Source: Dehalococcoidia bacterium
Lineage (GTDB): Bacteria > Chloroflexota > Dehalococcoidia > Lucifugimonadales > UBA3495
Length of the DNA: 64,000 bases
Assembly: GCA_965242615.1 (NCBI GenBank)
Contig: CBDESR010000002.1
Span: 136,349 to 200,348 of the forward strand
Direction: 5' to 3'
Shown piece after piece: positions 33,400 through 42,545 of the stretch. Position numbers and translations under genes: made by a program. The notes below the pieces were generated by a model, which was given only the letters and a program-made list of their open reading frames with translations, did no database searches and had not been told where the DNA came from. Positions within the stretch are counted from its first letter, which is position 1. Each line of letters starts with the position of its first letter.

Positions 33400-34419
33400 T
33401 CAGCCGCCAATCTGATACATTTCCACTTTGGGACGGTCGTTCTGCAAAGGGGCCAGTTCCGTCCGTTCCTCGGAGTAGCGGTCGCTGCGGCGGCCCCAGA
33501 CGCCTATAATCTGGTCAACCAATTCCCCATCGGAAGCCCCGGCCCGCATCGGCCCCCGCAAGTCCAAGCCATCGGCGGCAAAAAGGCAAGTGTAGAGTTT
33601 CCCATCGGTGGACAGTCGGGCCCGGGTGCAGTCGCCGCAGAAGGGCTGGGTTACCGATGCGATAACGCCGATTTCGCCCGTCCCGTCCCGGTAGCGGTAG
33701 CGGTTAGCCACTTCCCCCCGATAGTTGCTTTCCAGCGGCTCCAGGGGCAGCTCGGCGTCAATGCGGCGGATGATTTCGGCGGCCGGCGTCACTTCATCCC
33801 ACTTCCACCCGTTGCGGTTGCCCACATCCATATATTCAATGAACCGCACAATGTGGCCGCTGCCTTGGAAATGGCGGGCCAAGTCAACAATGGTGTGGTC
33901 ATTGACCCCTTTCTGCACTACGGCGTTGATTTTGATGGGCGACAAGCCCACGGCCGCGGCGGCGGCGATGCCCTCCAAAACCCGCTGCACCGGAACGCCC
34001 CGGCCGTTCATCTCCCGGAAAATAGCATCATCAAGAGTATCCAGACTGACGGTTATCCGTTGGAGACCGGCGTCTTTCAGCTGCTGGGCTTGCTGCGGCA
34101 ACAAATAGGCGTTGGTGGTCAGCGTCAAATCCAAGGCGGAGTCAATGGCCGCCAGCATCGCGATAAGACGGTGCAGGTTGGTACGCAGCAGCGGCTCCCC
34201 GCCGGTTATCCGCAGTTTGTTGACGCCCAAACCGACAAACAAGCGGGACAGCCGGGTAATTTCCTCAAAGGTCAAGATTTCCCCTTTGGGCAGAAACTGG
34301 TAGCTTTCCCCGAAAATCTCGGCCGGCATACAGTAGGCGCAGCGAAAGTTGCACCGGTCAGTAACCGAAATCCGCAAGTCCCGCAAGGGACGGTTAAAGC
34401 TGTCGGTAATTCCTGCCAT
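33400..34419 (-). CDS. moaA: GTP 3',8-cyclase MoaA (radical SAM)
   Basis: ORF 33400..34497. I prefer ATG 34419 (MAGITDSFNRPLRDLRISVTDRCNFRCAYCMP...) with the CxxxCxxC radical-SAM motif. C-terminal cluster: FCGDCTRARLSTDGKLYTCLF. Confidence 0.93.
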   Translation of the reverse strand: MAGITDSFNRPLRDLRISVTDRCNFRCAYCMPAEIFGESYQFLPKGEILTFEEITRLSRLFVGLGVNKLRITGGEPLLRTNLHRLIAMLAAIDSALDLTLTTNAYLLPQQAQQLKDAGLQRITVSLDTLDDAIFREMNGRGVPVQRVLEGIAAAAAVGLSPIKINAVVQKGVNDHTIVDLARHFQGSGHIVRFIEYMDVGNRNGWKWDEVTPAAEIIRRIDAELPLEPLESNYRGEVANRYRYRDGTGEIGVIASVTQPFCGDCTRARLSTDGKLYTCLFAADGLDLRGPMRAGASDGELVDQIIGVWGRRSDRYSEERTELAPLQNDRPKVEMYQIGG

Positions 34420-34438
34420 TGCAGTATCCGTCAGAGAG

Positions 34439-35056
34439 TCAGGAAGCAAAAGATGAAAGAAGCCGCCGCAACGCCGGTACCGCCCGGCCGGCGGCATCCG
34501 CCCGGTGGCTGATCCGGTTCTTTTCCGCCAAGGGCAATTGCGCCATCGTTCGCCCTAAGGATGGCAGATAGAAAACCGGGTCATAGCCAAAGCCGTCAGC
34601 GCCCTGCGGAGCATATTGTATCATCCCGGCCACGGCCCCTACTACCGAAGCCTCCGCCCCTTGCGGATGATGCAGCGCAATAAAGCAGCGAAAGCGGGCG
34701 GTGCGCCGCTCCCACGCCACCCCTTGCAGGTTTGCCAGCAGCAGATTCACCCGCTCCCCATCAGTAGCGCAAGCGTCGCCGCCATAGCGGGCCGAGTGTA
34801 TCCCCGGCGCGCCGCCCAAGGCGTCCACTTCCAACCCGGAGTCGTCAGACAAGGTAAGCAGCCCGGACGCGGCGGCATAAGTCCGGGCTTTAAGCCAAGC
34901 ATTTTCCGCGAAGGTAAGCCCGGTTTCCGCAACCTCTTGAGTAATGCCCACATCCGACAGGGATACCAACGGCAAGTCAATATCCCGCAGCAACTCCCGA
35001 TATTCCCGCACTTTGCCCGGGTTATGGGTGGCGATAAGCAGTTTGGATTCAGTCAA
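34439..35056 (-). CDS. rdgB: Non-canonical purine NTP pyrophosphatase (RdgB/HAM1 family)
   Basis: 205 aa. LLIATHNPGKVREYRELL...SGLEVDALGGAPGIHSARY...GFGYDPVF...FAQL...KNRISHRA are family signatures. Confidence 0.9.
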   Translation of the reverse strand: MTESKLLIATHNPGKVREYRELLRDIDLPLVSLSDVGITQEVAETGLTFAENAWLKARTYAAASGLLTLSDDSGLEVDALGGAPGIHSARYGGDACATDGERVNLLLANLQGVAWERRTARFRCFIALHHPQGAEASVVGAVAGMIQYAPQGADGFGYDPVFYLPSLGRTMAQLPLAEKNRISHRADAAGRAVPALRRLLSSFAS

Positions 35057-35099
35057 AGCGTATCCTTATACGGCGGGAACAGGCCGGGCTAACCCGGCG

Positions 35100-36353
35100 T
35101 CAGATAATTCCCTTAGCCGTCAGTTCCCGCAGAGTTTCCCCGTCATAGCCCAGCCAAGAACCATATACTTGCCGGTTATATTCACCCAGCCGGGGGCCGG
35201 CATACCGGACGGCGCCGGGAGTCTGGCTGAACTTGGGGATGATACCCGGCATCAGCGTCTTGCCCAATTCCGGGTCATCCACTGCCAGCACATCCTCCCG
35301 GGCTTGATAGTGAGGGTCTTGGACGATTCGCGCGCTGTTATAGACCGGGCCGACAACGCCGCCGGCCGGCACCAGTTGCTCCAGCAGTTTAGTCAAGGAA
35401 CGCTGCCCCAGCCAATACTGGAGAATTTCGTTCAGGGCATCCTTGTTTTCCAACCGGGCGGCGTTGTCCTTAAACCGTTCATCCTCCAGCAGTTCCGGCA
35501 ACTCCATAGCTTGCACCAGCCGTTCCCAAGTGCTTTGGGAAGTAGCCGACAAACCCAGCCATTGGTCATCCCCGGTGCGGTACAGACTCCGCGGCGCGGC
35601 GTCGGGAAAATCGTTGCCCACCCGTTCCCGGACAATGCCCAGCAGGTCATACATCGGAATATGCGGAATGCACAACCGAAACAGCGGCTCAAAGAGGCTG
35701 ACATCGATAACCTGACCCGGCCGGGGTTCGCCGCCAACCCTTTCCCCGAATGCGGCGGTATCCCGGTGATACAAAGCCATCATCCCGGCCAAGGCCCCGA
35801 AAACCCCGGCAATTTCATCCGCCAGCGGAATCGGCGGCAAGACCGGCGGCGTATCGGGAAAGCCGGTCATTCCGATATAACCGCTCATACACTCGGCAAT
35901 AGTGCCAAAGCCGGGCCGGTCTTTATACGGCCCGGTCTGCCCGAAACCGGAGTAGCGCAGGATGACCAATCCCGGGTTGACCCAGCGCAAATCCTCCGGC
36001 CCCAACTGCCACCGCTCCAAAGTGCCGGGACGAAACCCCTCAATCAGCAAGTCGGCTTGCCCGGCCAGGGCTTTCAGCATTTCCTGCCCCTCGGCGCGTC
36101 CCAAGTCGAGGGTAATGGACTGCTTGTTGCGGGAATGGACTTTCCACCACAGGGACACGCCGTTGACGAAAGGCCCCCAATTCCGCAGCGGGTCGCCGCC
36201 GCCGGGCCGTTCCACCTTGACCACTTCCGCGCCAAAGTCAGCCAGCAAGCTGCTGGCAGTGCCGCCGGCCACGATAATGGACAAATCCAGAACCTTTAAG
36301 CCGGCCAACGGGCCGAATTGCCCGGCGGCATTGGCATTGCCGTTTTCAGTCAT
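35100..36353 (-). CDS. CaiB/BaiF family (class III) CoA-transferase
   Basis: 417 aa. LAGLKVLDLSIIVAGGTASSLLADFGAEVVKVERPGGGDPLR is the typical N-terminus of the family. Confidence 0.85.
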   Translation of the reverse strand: MTENGNANAAGQFGPLAGLKVLDLSIIVAGGTASSLLADFGAEVVKVERPGGGDPLRNWGPFVNGVSLWWKVHSRNKQSITLDLGRAEGQEMLKALAGQADLLIEGFRPGTLERWQLGPEDLRWVNPGLVILRYSGFGQTGPYKDRPGFGTIAECMSGYIGMTGFPDTPPVLPPIPLADEIAGVFGALAGMMALYHRDTAAFGERVGGEPRPGQVIDVSLFEPLFRLCIPHIPMYDLLGIVRERVGNDFPDAAPRSLYRTGDDQWLGLSATSQSTWERLVQAMELPELLEDERFKDNAARLENKDALNEILQYWLGQRSLTKLLEQLVPAGGVVGPVYNSARIVQDPHYQAREDVLAVDDPELGKTLMPGIIPKFSQTPGAVRYAGPRLGEYNRQVYGSWLGYDGETLRELTAKGII

Positions 36354-37215
36354 CAGCCGCCTCGAGTTCAGGATTGAAAAAAGCGCGGATTTCCCGCAAA
36401 ACCGCCGCCGGATGTTCCAGCGGCAGGAAGTGGCTGCCCATGCCCATCGGCTTAACCCGCGCCCCGGCTACCAATTCCTGAAAGCGGCGGACGCCGGTAT
36501 CCGGCAAAGTCTGCGCGCCGGGGTAGTTGCCCAACAGCAGCAGAAAATCCCCGGTCAATCCCTGGAGATAGCGGGATACCGGTAGTTCATCCCGCTGTTC
36601 GTAAAATACCGCTTCCACTTCCGGCGGGCATTTCAACTCGACGCGTCCATCGGGCAGCAGCCGAGCGCCGCCCTCGATAAAGGCATTGAAAGCCCTTTCC
36701 TGCCAATCCTTAAATGCGGCCCGGGGACGGTAGGCGGCGGCCATCGCTTCCCGGCTTTCCCAAATTGCCCGCTTCAACCGGGTGCGTTGCGCCCGCTGCT
36801 TCAATTCCCCCGGCGGCGCATTAGCCGGGCTTTCACCAACTCGAGTTTCCACTAACACCGCCTGCTCAATGCGCCCCGGCAGCAGGGCGGCAGCGATAAT
36901 AGTCGCCAACCCCCCGGAGGAATGGCCCACTACCCTTAACTCGGACAGCCCCATAGAATTGATGATTTCCGCCAAATCCTGCCCCGCCAACTCGAAACTG
37001 TAGCCCCGGTCCGAGGGTTGGGTATCCCCATGCCCCCGCTGGTCGAATGCCAGTACCCGGTAATCCCGGGCCAACTCTTGCGCGATGGGCTGCCAAGGAG
37101 CAGCGCACAAGCCGGTAGCGTGGAGCATCAGCAGCGGCGGGTTAGCCGGGTCGCCCCATTCCAGGTAGTGGTGTTTTATGCCGTTGGCGGCAATGTACCG
37201 GCTGGCCGGTTTCAT
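36346..37215 (-). CDS. Alpha/beta hydrolase
   Basis: 289 aa. LMLHATG... (oxyanion region), nucleophile elbow GHSSGG, C-terminal ...GSHFLPLEHP. Overlaps the CoA-transferase start by 8 nt. Confidence 0.85.
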   Translation of the reverse strand: MKPASRYIAANGIKHHYLEWGDPANPPLLMLHATGLCAAPWQPIAQELARDYRVLAFDQRGHGDTQPSDRGYSFELAGQDLAEIINSMGLSELRVVGHSSGGLATIIAAALLPGRIEQAVLVETRVGESPANAPPGELKQRAQRTRLKRAIWESREAMAAAYRPRAAFKDWQERAFNAFIEGGARLLPDGRVELKCPPEVEAVFYEQRDELPVSRYLQGLTGDFLLLLGNYPGAQTLPDTGVRRFQELVAGARVKPMGMGSHFLPLEHPAAVLREIRAFFNPELEAADD

Positions 37216-37254
37216 CCCAGTTTCCCTTGCCTTTACAGTAATACTGCGGCGTAT

Positions 37255-37287
37255 ATTCTAGGCGTTCATTCTAGTCGTTTATTCTAA
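37255..37287. repeat. Three direct repeats of ATTCTA(G/A) with exact 13-bp periodicity in a divergent promoter region
   Basis: ATTCTAG at 37255, ATTCTAG at 37268 and ATTCTAA at 37281. Their contexts are tatATTCTAGgcg, ttcATTCTAGtcg and tttATTCTAAtgg. They lie between the hydrolase start (37215, minus) and nuoA copy 2 (37415, plus). Confidence 0.6.
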
Positions 37288-37367
37288 TGGCGCTTGCCCC
37301 GGTTAGCCACTGCCCGACCCAATCTCTGAATTCCGCCGCCTTTCTCTAATCCGCTCCCAATGCCGTG

Positions 37368-37376
37368 TGGTATAAT
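37368..37376 (+). promoter_or_regulatory. Extended -10 promoter element of nuo operon copy 2
   Basis: TGGTATAAT fits the TGnTATAAT pattern. It lies 39 nt upstream of the nuoA ATG (37415). There is no good -35 hexamer. Confidence 0.5.
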
Positions 37377-37414
37377 CACCCGGCACAACCGCCAGCGAGG
37401 TTCAACAAAAAAGT

Positions 37415-37801
37415 ATGCTTGAGGATTACTTTCGGCAGTATGGGCTGATCGCCATTCTGGCGGTAGTCGCCATTGCCGTTCCGGTCAGTATGCTCACCAT
37501 GTCCTGGCTGGCTTCCCGGGTTGGCATCCGCCCCAAGAACCCGACGCCGGTCAAGCTGGAGACTTACGAGTGCGGGGTAGAAACCATCGGCGGCCCGTGG
37601 AACCGCTTTAACTTCCGCTACTACCTTTACGCCATCCTGTTCGTCATCTTCGACGTGGAAGTGGTGTTCCTGTACCCTTGGGCTACCAAATTCATCAGCT
37701 TGGAGCTGTTCGCCCTCATTGAGATGGGCGTATTCGTTGCCATCCTGCTGGTCGGCTGGGCGTATGCTTGGCGCAAGCGGGATTTGGAATGGGGCAGTTA
37801 A
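37415..37801 (+). CDS. nuoA: NADH-quinone oxidoreductase subunit A, copy 2
   Basis: 128 aa with the NuoA core VKLETYECGVE...FRYYLYAILFVIFDVEVVFLYPWA. Confidence 0.9.
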   Translation: MLEDYFRQYGLIAILAVVAIAVPVSMLTMSWLASRVGIRPKNPTPVKLETYECGVETIGGPWNRFNFRYYLYAILFVIFDVEVVFLYPWATKFISLELFALIEMGVFVAILLVGWAYAWRKRDLEWGS

Positions 37802-37813
37802 GGACGGGTTGAA

Positions 37814-38452
37814 ATGCCGGATTTGCCGCAAACCGGTGAGCCGCTGCCAGACCGCACTTGGGAGCTTGACCGCGCCGAAGGCAATACGGTCAACGACCTG
37901 ATAGCGGTCTCCGCCGCTCCTCTGGAAACCCCGTCCATCGAAGTGCCGGAGGACTTGCAGCAGAACTTGCTGGTTACTTCCGTGGATGCCTTAGTCAATT
38001 GGGGCCGCAAGTCAGCCCTGTGGCCGGTTTCCTTCGGCTTGGCTTGCTGCGCCTTTGAGATGATGGCTACGGCGATGGGGCGCTTTGACATTGCCCGCTT
38101 CGGAATGGAAGCCTTTCGCGCCTCCCCCCGCCAAGCCGACTTGATGATTGTAGCCGGCACCGTTACCTGGAAAATGGCGCCCCCCATCAAGCGCATCTAC
38201 GACCAGATGGCCGACCCCAAGTGGGTTATCGCTATGGGCGTCTGCGCCACCAGCGGCGGCCCCTATTATGGCTCCTACAGCGTCGTACCCGGCGTTGACC
38301 ATATCGTCCCGGTGGATGTCTATGTCCCCGGCTGCCCGCCTCGTCCCGACGCCCTGCTTTACGGCATTATGGAACTCCACGAAAAGATAAAAAAGTACCA
38401 GCACCTCCGCAAGCCGGCCGCGCCGGAAATCACCGGGAACGGGCAATCCTGA
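37814..38452 (+). CDS. nuoB: NADH-quinone oxidoreductase subunit B, copy 2
   Basis: Motifs [24 protein letters not shown] and [11 protein letters not shown]. Has an N-terminal extension of about 50 aa relative to copy 1. Confidence 0.92.
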   Translation: MPDLPQTGEPLPDRTWELDRAEGNTVNDLIAVSAAPLETPSIEVPEDLQQNLLVTSVDALVNWGRKSALWPVSFGLACCAFEMMATAMGRFDIARFGMEAFRASPRQADLMIVAGTVTWKMAPPIKRIYDQMADPKWVIAMGVCATSGGPYYGSYSVVPGVDHIVPVDVYVPGCPPRPDALLYGIMELHEKIKKYQHLRKPAAPEITGNGQS

Positions 38453-38895
38453 TGGCATTGCCGGAACTGACCGGGCCGGAATTGTCCGCCAAGCTGACCG
38501 CCGCCCTGCCGGACGCGGTAGCCGGCTGCGATGCCGCCGCCGTTTGGGTCAATCCCGACCAACTGGCCGCCGCCGCCGCCTTGCTCAAGGATGACCCGGC
38601 CCTCGACTTTCAGTTTCTCAATTCGGTCAGCGCCGTGGACTTCATCGAGTATTTTGACCTGGTCTATCACCTGACTTCCCTGCGCCGCCGGCACACCGCC
38701 GTAATGAAAGCCCGGCTGTACGGGCGGGAGGAATTGACCGCGCCGTCGGTGTACCCCATCTGGCGGGGTGCCGACTTTCAGGAACGGGAAATCTGGGACT
38801 TGATGGGAGTGCGCTTTGAGGGACACCCCAATATGAAACGCATTATGCTGTGGGAAGGCTTTGCCGGCCATCCCCTGCGTAAGGATTTCCTCTAG
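38452..38895 (+). CDS. nuoC: NADH-quinone oxidoreductase subunit C, copy 2
   Basis: 147 aa. FLNSVSAVDFIEYFDLVYHLTS...PSVYPIWRGADFQEREIWDLMGVRFEGHPN...LWEGFAGHPLRKDF. The start overlaps the nuoB stop (TGATG). Confidence 0.9.
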   Translation: MALPELTGPELSAKLTAALPDAVAGCDAAAVWVNPDQLAAAAALLKDDPALDFQFLNSVSAVDFIEYFDLVYHLTSLRRRHTAVMKARLYGREELTAPSVYPIWRGADFQEREIWDLMGVRFEGHPNMKRIMLWEGFAGHPLRKDFL

Positions 38896-38920
38896 GCCGG
38901 GCCGCCCAGCCGGAAGTGTT

Positions 38921-40027
38921 ATGACCCTGCGTACTGAACCGATGACCGTCAATGTGGGGCCGCAGCACCCCAGCACCCACGGGGTGTTTCGGGTGCGGAT
39001 TACCTTTGACGGCGAGGAAATCGTCGAGGTGGAACCGGTTTTCGGCTACCTGCACCGCGGCACCGAAAAGCTGGCCGAGGAGCGCAACTATGTCCAGATA
39101 GTTACCCTCACCGACCGCCTGGACTACACTTCCTCGATGATTAACAATCAGGCTTACTGCCTGGCGGTAGAGCAGCTGCTGGAAGTGGTGCCGCCTCCTC
39201 GGGGCAAGTACCTGCGGACTTTGACCGCCGAGTTGCAGCGCATCGCCAGCCATTTGATTGCCGTCGGGTTCTTTGTGCAGGAGTTGGGCGCGCTGGGGAC
39301 GCCGCTGATGTATAGTTTCCGCAGCCGGGAGCGGATCCTCGAGCTTTTCGAGATGCTGTGCGGGGCGCGCATTACCGTCAGCTATATGCGCCCCGGCGGC
39401 GTCTTTGCCGACGCCCCCCCGGAGTTCTGGCCGGCTTTGGAGCGGTTTCTCACCGACTTTGCTGTCGAGTTTGCCGAAATCGAGCAACTTTTGCTGGAAA
39501 ATGAAATCCTGATGATGCGAACCCGGGGCGTCAGCCCCCTGCCGGCGGAAGTGGCAATCAACTGCTCGGTCAGCGGGCCGGTACTGCGGGCCAGCGGCGT
39601 CAACTGGGACTGGCGCAAGCAGGAACCCTATGACGCCTACGACCGAATGGAATTCGAGGTGCCGGTAGGCGTCAACGGCGACAACTACGACCGCTTTTGG
39701 GTGCGGATGCAGGAAGTCCACCAAAGCCTCCGCATCATTCGCCAGTGCATCGCGCAGATTGAACCCGGCCCGGTGCGACTGGATTTGCCCCTGGTACTGC
39801 GGCCCGAAGCCGGGCGCGAAGCCTACGGGCGGGTCGAGGCGTCCAAGGGGGAACTGGGCTTTTACTTGGTCAGCGATGGCGGCGTTGCCCCCTATCGCTG
39901 CAAAATCCGCTCTCCCTCTTTGCTTAACTTGACGGTTACCGAACACCTGCTGGTAGGCTGGAAACTGGCGGATATGATTGTCTCCCTGGGTAGCGTGGAC
40001 ATCAATATGGGCGAGGTTGACCGGTGA
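38921..40027 (+). CDS. nuoD: NADH-quinone oxidoreductase subunit D, copy 2
   Basis: ORF 38861..40027. I prefer ATG 38921 (MTLRTEPMTVNVGPQHPSTHGVFRV...GYLHRGTEKL...LGSVDINMGEVDR). Confidence 0.92.
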   Translation: MTLRTEPMTVNVGPQHPSTHGVFRVRITFDGEEIVEVEPVFGYLHRGTEKLAEERNYVQIVTLTDRLDYTSSMINNQAYCLAVEQLLEVVPPPRGKYLRTLTAELQRIASHLIAVGFFVQELGALGTPLMYSFRSRERILELFEMLCGARITVSYMRPGGVFADAPPEFWPALERFLTDFAVEFAEIEQLLLENEILMMRTRGVSPLPAEVAINCSVSGPVLRASGVNWDWRKQEPYDAYDRMEFEVPVGVNGDNYDRFWVRMQEVHQSLRIIRQCIAQIEPGPVRLDLPLVLRPEAGREAYGRVEASKGELGFYLVSDGGVAPYRCKIRSPSLLNLTVTEHLLVGWKLADMIVSLGSVDINMGEVDR

Positions 40028-41247
40028 ACTGTCAGTTGTCTCCCGACAACATCCTCTACGCCAACGGCCTTTACCGCCTGATTTATGACGGGGCCGGGTT
40101 GTTGTTGCCCTGCTGGATGGCTTATGTCATCTCCGGGCTGGTCATCATCTTTATCCTGGTCAACGCCGTACTATTGGGCGCGGCGGTGATTACCTGGACC
40201 GAGCGGCGGCTATTGGGTCGCTTTCAGAACCGGGTTGGCCCCAACCGTTGGGGGCCTTTCGGCTTGCTGCAACCCATCGCCGACCTGGTCAAACTGCTAA
40301 CCAAAGAGGACTTGACCCCGGCCGGCGCCGACCGCATCGTCTTTGCCCTGGTGCCGGTGGCAATGATTGCGCCGCTCATCCTGATGACGGCAGTGATACC
40401 CTTTGCCCGGGATACGGCTTTGGCTGGGCTGAATGTCGGCGTCCTGTACCTGCTGGCGATCAGTTCGGTAACGACCGTAGCCATCTTTATGGCTGGCTGG
40501 GCCTCCAACAACCGCTACGCAATGTTCGGCGCGGCCCGGGCCGTGGCCGTGCTGATTAGCTACGAAGTGCCGGTAGTCCTTTCCCTGCTAGGCGTGGTGA
40601 TGGTCGCCGGGTCAATGTCCCTCGGCGATATAGTATCCGCCCAAGGTTTGCCTTTCCTGCTGGTGCAGCCGCTGGCTTTCTTGGTCTTTCTGGCCGGGAT
40701 GTCCGCCGAATTGAACCGCACGCCCTTTGATGTAGCCGAAGCCGAATCGGAAATCATTGCCGGCTACCATACCGAATACAGCGGCATCAAGTTCGCGCTG
40801 ATTCAAGCCGCCGAGTTCGGCGGCGTCGCCGTAGTTTCCGCCATCATTGCCACCCTGTTTCTCGGCGGGTGGGCTGGGCCCCAGTCCGAATACTTGGGCT
40901 GGCTCTGGTTCCTGATCAAGACCGGCGCGGTGGTATTCGTGTTCATCTGGATCCGCGCCACCTACCCCCGGCTGCGGATTGACCAGATAATGGCTTTTTC
41001 CTGGAAGTTCCTGCTGCCGTTGAGCTTGATTAACCTGCTGGCGGTCAGCTTGGAAGTCTTTTTCCTGCGGGACGCCGCCGGCCGGTTGTCCACCGGGGAT
41101 TTGGGTATAATGGCCGGCATAAACATCGCGGTTACTATTGCGGCCATCGCCCTGTTCGGCCGGTTGATTAGCCGCCGGGTATCCTTTGCCCCCGGACGCC
41201 CGGCCCAACCGCTGGCCCCGGGCGTATCCACTATTGAGGCCAACTGA
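40024..41247 (+). CDS. nuoH: NADH-quinone oxidoreductase subunit H, copy 2
   Basis: 407 aa. TERRLLGRFQNRVGPNRWGPFGLLQPIADLVKL and LNRTPFDVAEAESE. The GTG start overlaps the nuoD stop (GTGA), so there is no room for nuoEFG. Confidence 0.92.
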   Translation: MNCQLSPDNILYANGLYRLIYDGAGLLLPCWMAYVISGLVIIFILVNAVLLGAAVITWTERRLLGRFQNRVGPNRWGPFGLLQPIADLVKLLTKEDLTPAGADRIVFALVPVAMIAPLILMTAVIPFARDTALAGLNVGVLYLLAISSVTTVAIFMAGWASNNRYAMFGAARAVAVLISYEVPVVLSLLGVVMVAGSMSLGDIVSAQGLPFLLVQPLAFLVFLAGMSAELNRTPFDVAEAESEIIAGYHTEYSGIKFALIQAAEFGGVAVVSAIIATLFLGGWAGPQSEYLGWLWFLIKTGAVVFVFIWIRATYPRLRIDQIMAFSWKFLLPLSLINLLAVSLEVFFLRDAAGRLSTGDLGIMAGINIAVTIAAIALFGRLISRRVSFAPGRPAQPLAPGVSTIEAN

Positions 41248-41258
41248 GGTAAGCAGAA

Positions 41259-41954
41259 ATGTACGGCTTGGCTATGGCCAAGGGTCTGCTGGTTACGCTG
41301 AAAAACCTGACCCGCAAGCCCTTTACCATCCAATACCCCGAGGAGCGGGCGCAGCAGCATCCCCGGTTCCGGGGCGAGGAGTTTGCTTGGTACGAGGAAC
41401 GCTGTACCGGCTGCGCCTCCTGCGCCAAATACTGCCCGCTGGGTATCATCAAAATCGTGACCAGCCCCAGCGAGACGGCCATTCCCCAAGGGGACAAGTA
41501 CCGCTTGGAAGTCTTTGACATCGAGTTGCAGCGGTGTATGTTCTGCGGGCTATGCGTGGAAGCCTGCCCCTACGATGCCCTGTTTATGGGCAGCGGCTTC
41601 GAGGAAGGCCAATACCGCCGCAAGGACCTGGTCATCACCATTGACCAGCTGCGGCAAGCCGAAAAACGCCCCAGTGCCTGGTTTCGGCCGCAGTTGGAAG
41701 CGATGCCCCCGGAAGGGCGGGAAAGCCGGGACGGGCAGATTACCCGGGGCGAATCCCAAGTCGGTTATGACCCGCGCGGCGGCCCGCCCTTGGGATGGCG
41801 GGATGTCGGCCGGGAAAGCTGGCGTTGGCACCGGCGGGAAAAAGCCGGGATGCGGCTGGAACCGACACCCACCCAAGCGGCTAACGGCGGCGCCGCTCCC
41901 GACGCTGACGGCAACCCCGGCGGCGACAATGAAATCCGGGCGGAAAAAGCCTAA
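41259..41954 (+). CDS. nuoI: NADH-quinone oxidoreductase subunit I, copy 2, with C-terminal extension of about 80 aa
   Basis: CTGCASCAKYCP and CMFCGLCVEACP form two 4Fe-4S motifs. The tail after about residue 145 is charged and Gly/Arg/Trp-rich with no recognisable domain. Confidence 0.9.
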   Translation: MYGLAMAKGLLVTLKNLTRKPFTIQYPEERAQQHPRFRGEEFAWYEERCTGCASCAKYCPLGIIKIVTSPSETAIPQGDKYRLEVFDIELQRCMFCGLCVEACPYDALFMGSGFEEGQYRRKDLVITIDQLRQAEKRPSAWFRPQLEAMPPEGRESRDGQITRGESQVGYDPRGGPPLGWRDVGRESWRWHRREKAGMRLEPTPTQAANGGAAPDADGNPGGDNEIRAEKA

Positions 41955-42545
41955 ATGCTGTTTCAGGATATTGTTTTCTGGATACTGGCCATCGCCGCCA
42001 TCGGCGCCGCCTTGGGCGTGGTGCTGGTTAAGGACTTGTTCCGTTCCGCCCTGCTGCTGGCCGTGGTGTTTATCGCCGTAGCCGGGTTTTTCGCCCTACT
42101 CAGCGCCGAGTTTCTGGCGGTGGTGCAGGTGCTTATCTATGTGGGGGCTATCTCCATTCTGTTCATCTTTGCCATAATGCTCTCCCGCAATGTACCGGAA
42201 GGCAATCAGCCCAACCGCCTGCAACTGCCGGCCGTGCTGTTTCCGGCTCTGCTGCTGGCCGCCCTCGTCGTAACCGCATTGGCTACCGATTGGCAGCCCA
42301 TCCCTATTGCGGAGCAGGAACGGGCCGCCCTGGCTCAAACCCAAGCGGTCAGCGCCGTCGATGCGGAAACTTTAGCGGCGGCCGGTTTCCAATCCAATGC
42401 GGATGGCGCGGCCGCCCCGCCGCCGGGCTTGGCTGAACTGCTGATCGGCCGGTTTGTCCTGCCCTTTGAGGCGGTTTCCCTGCTCCTACTAGCCGCCCTT
42501 ATCGGCGGATTGGCTTTAGCCCGCAGCCGGGGAGGGCAACCCTGA
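41955..42545 (+). CDS. nuoJ: NADH-quinone oxidoreductase subunit J, copy 2
   Basis: 196-aa hydrophobic protein. SAEFLAVVQVLIYVGAISILFIFAIML. Confidence 0.9.
   Translation: MLFQDIVFWILAIAAIGAALGVVLVKDLFRSALLLAVVFIAVAGFFALLSAEFLAVVQVLIYVGAISILFIFAIMLSRNVPEGNQPNRLQLPAVLFPALLLAALVVTALATDWQPIPIAEQERAALAQTQAVSAVDAETLAAAGFQSNADGAAAPPPGLAELLIGRFVLPFEAVSLLLLAALIGGLALARSRGGQP

Noticed and set aside
34944-36299. 451-aa plus-strand ORF opposite the CoA-transferase gene. Similar long antisense ORFs occur at 38843..39946, 48313..49119, 49129..49899, 49755..50669, 50679..51677, 51628..52650 and 58872..60521.
   Set aside because: All lie antisense to genes with strong conserved motifs (CoA-transferase, nuoD, nadK, NUDIX, sdhA, sdhB, icd). 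All show the skewed Arg/Gly/Pro/His composition of wrong-strand translation.
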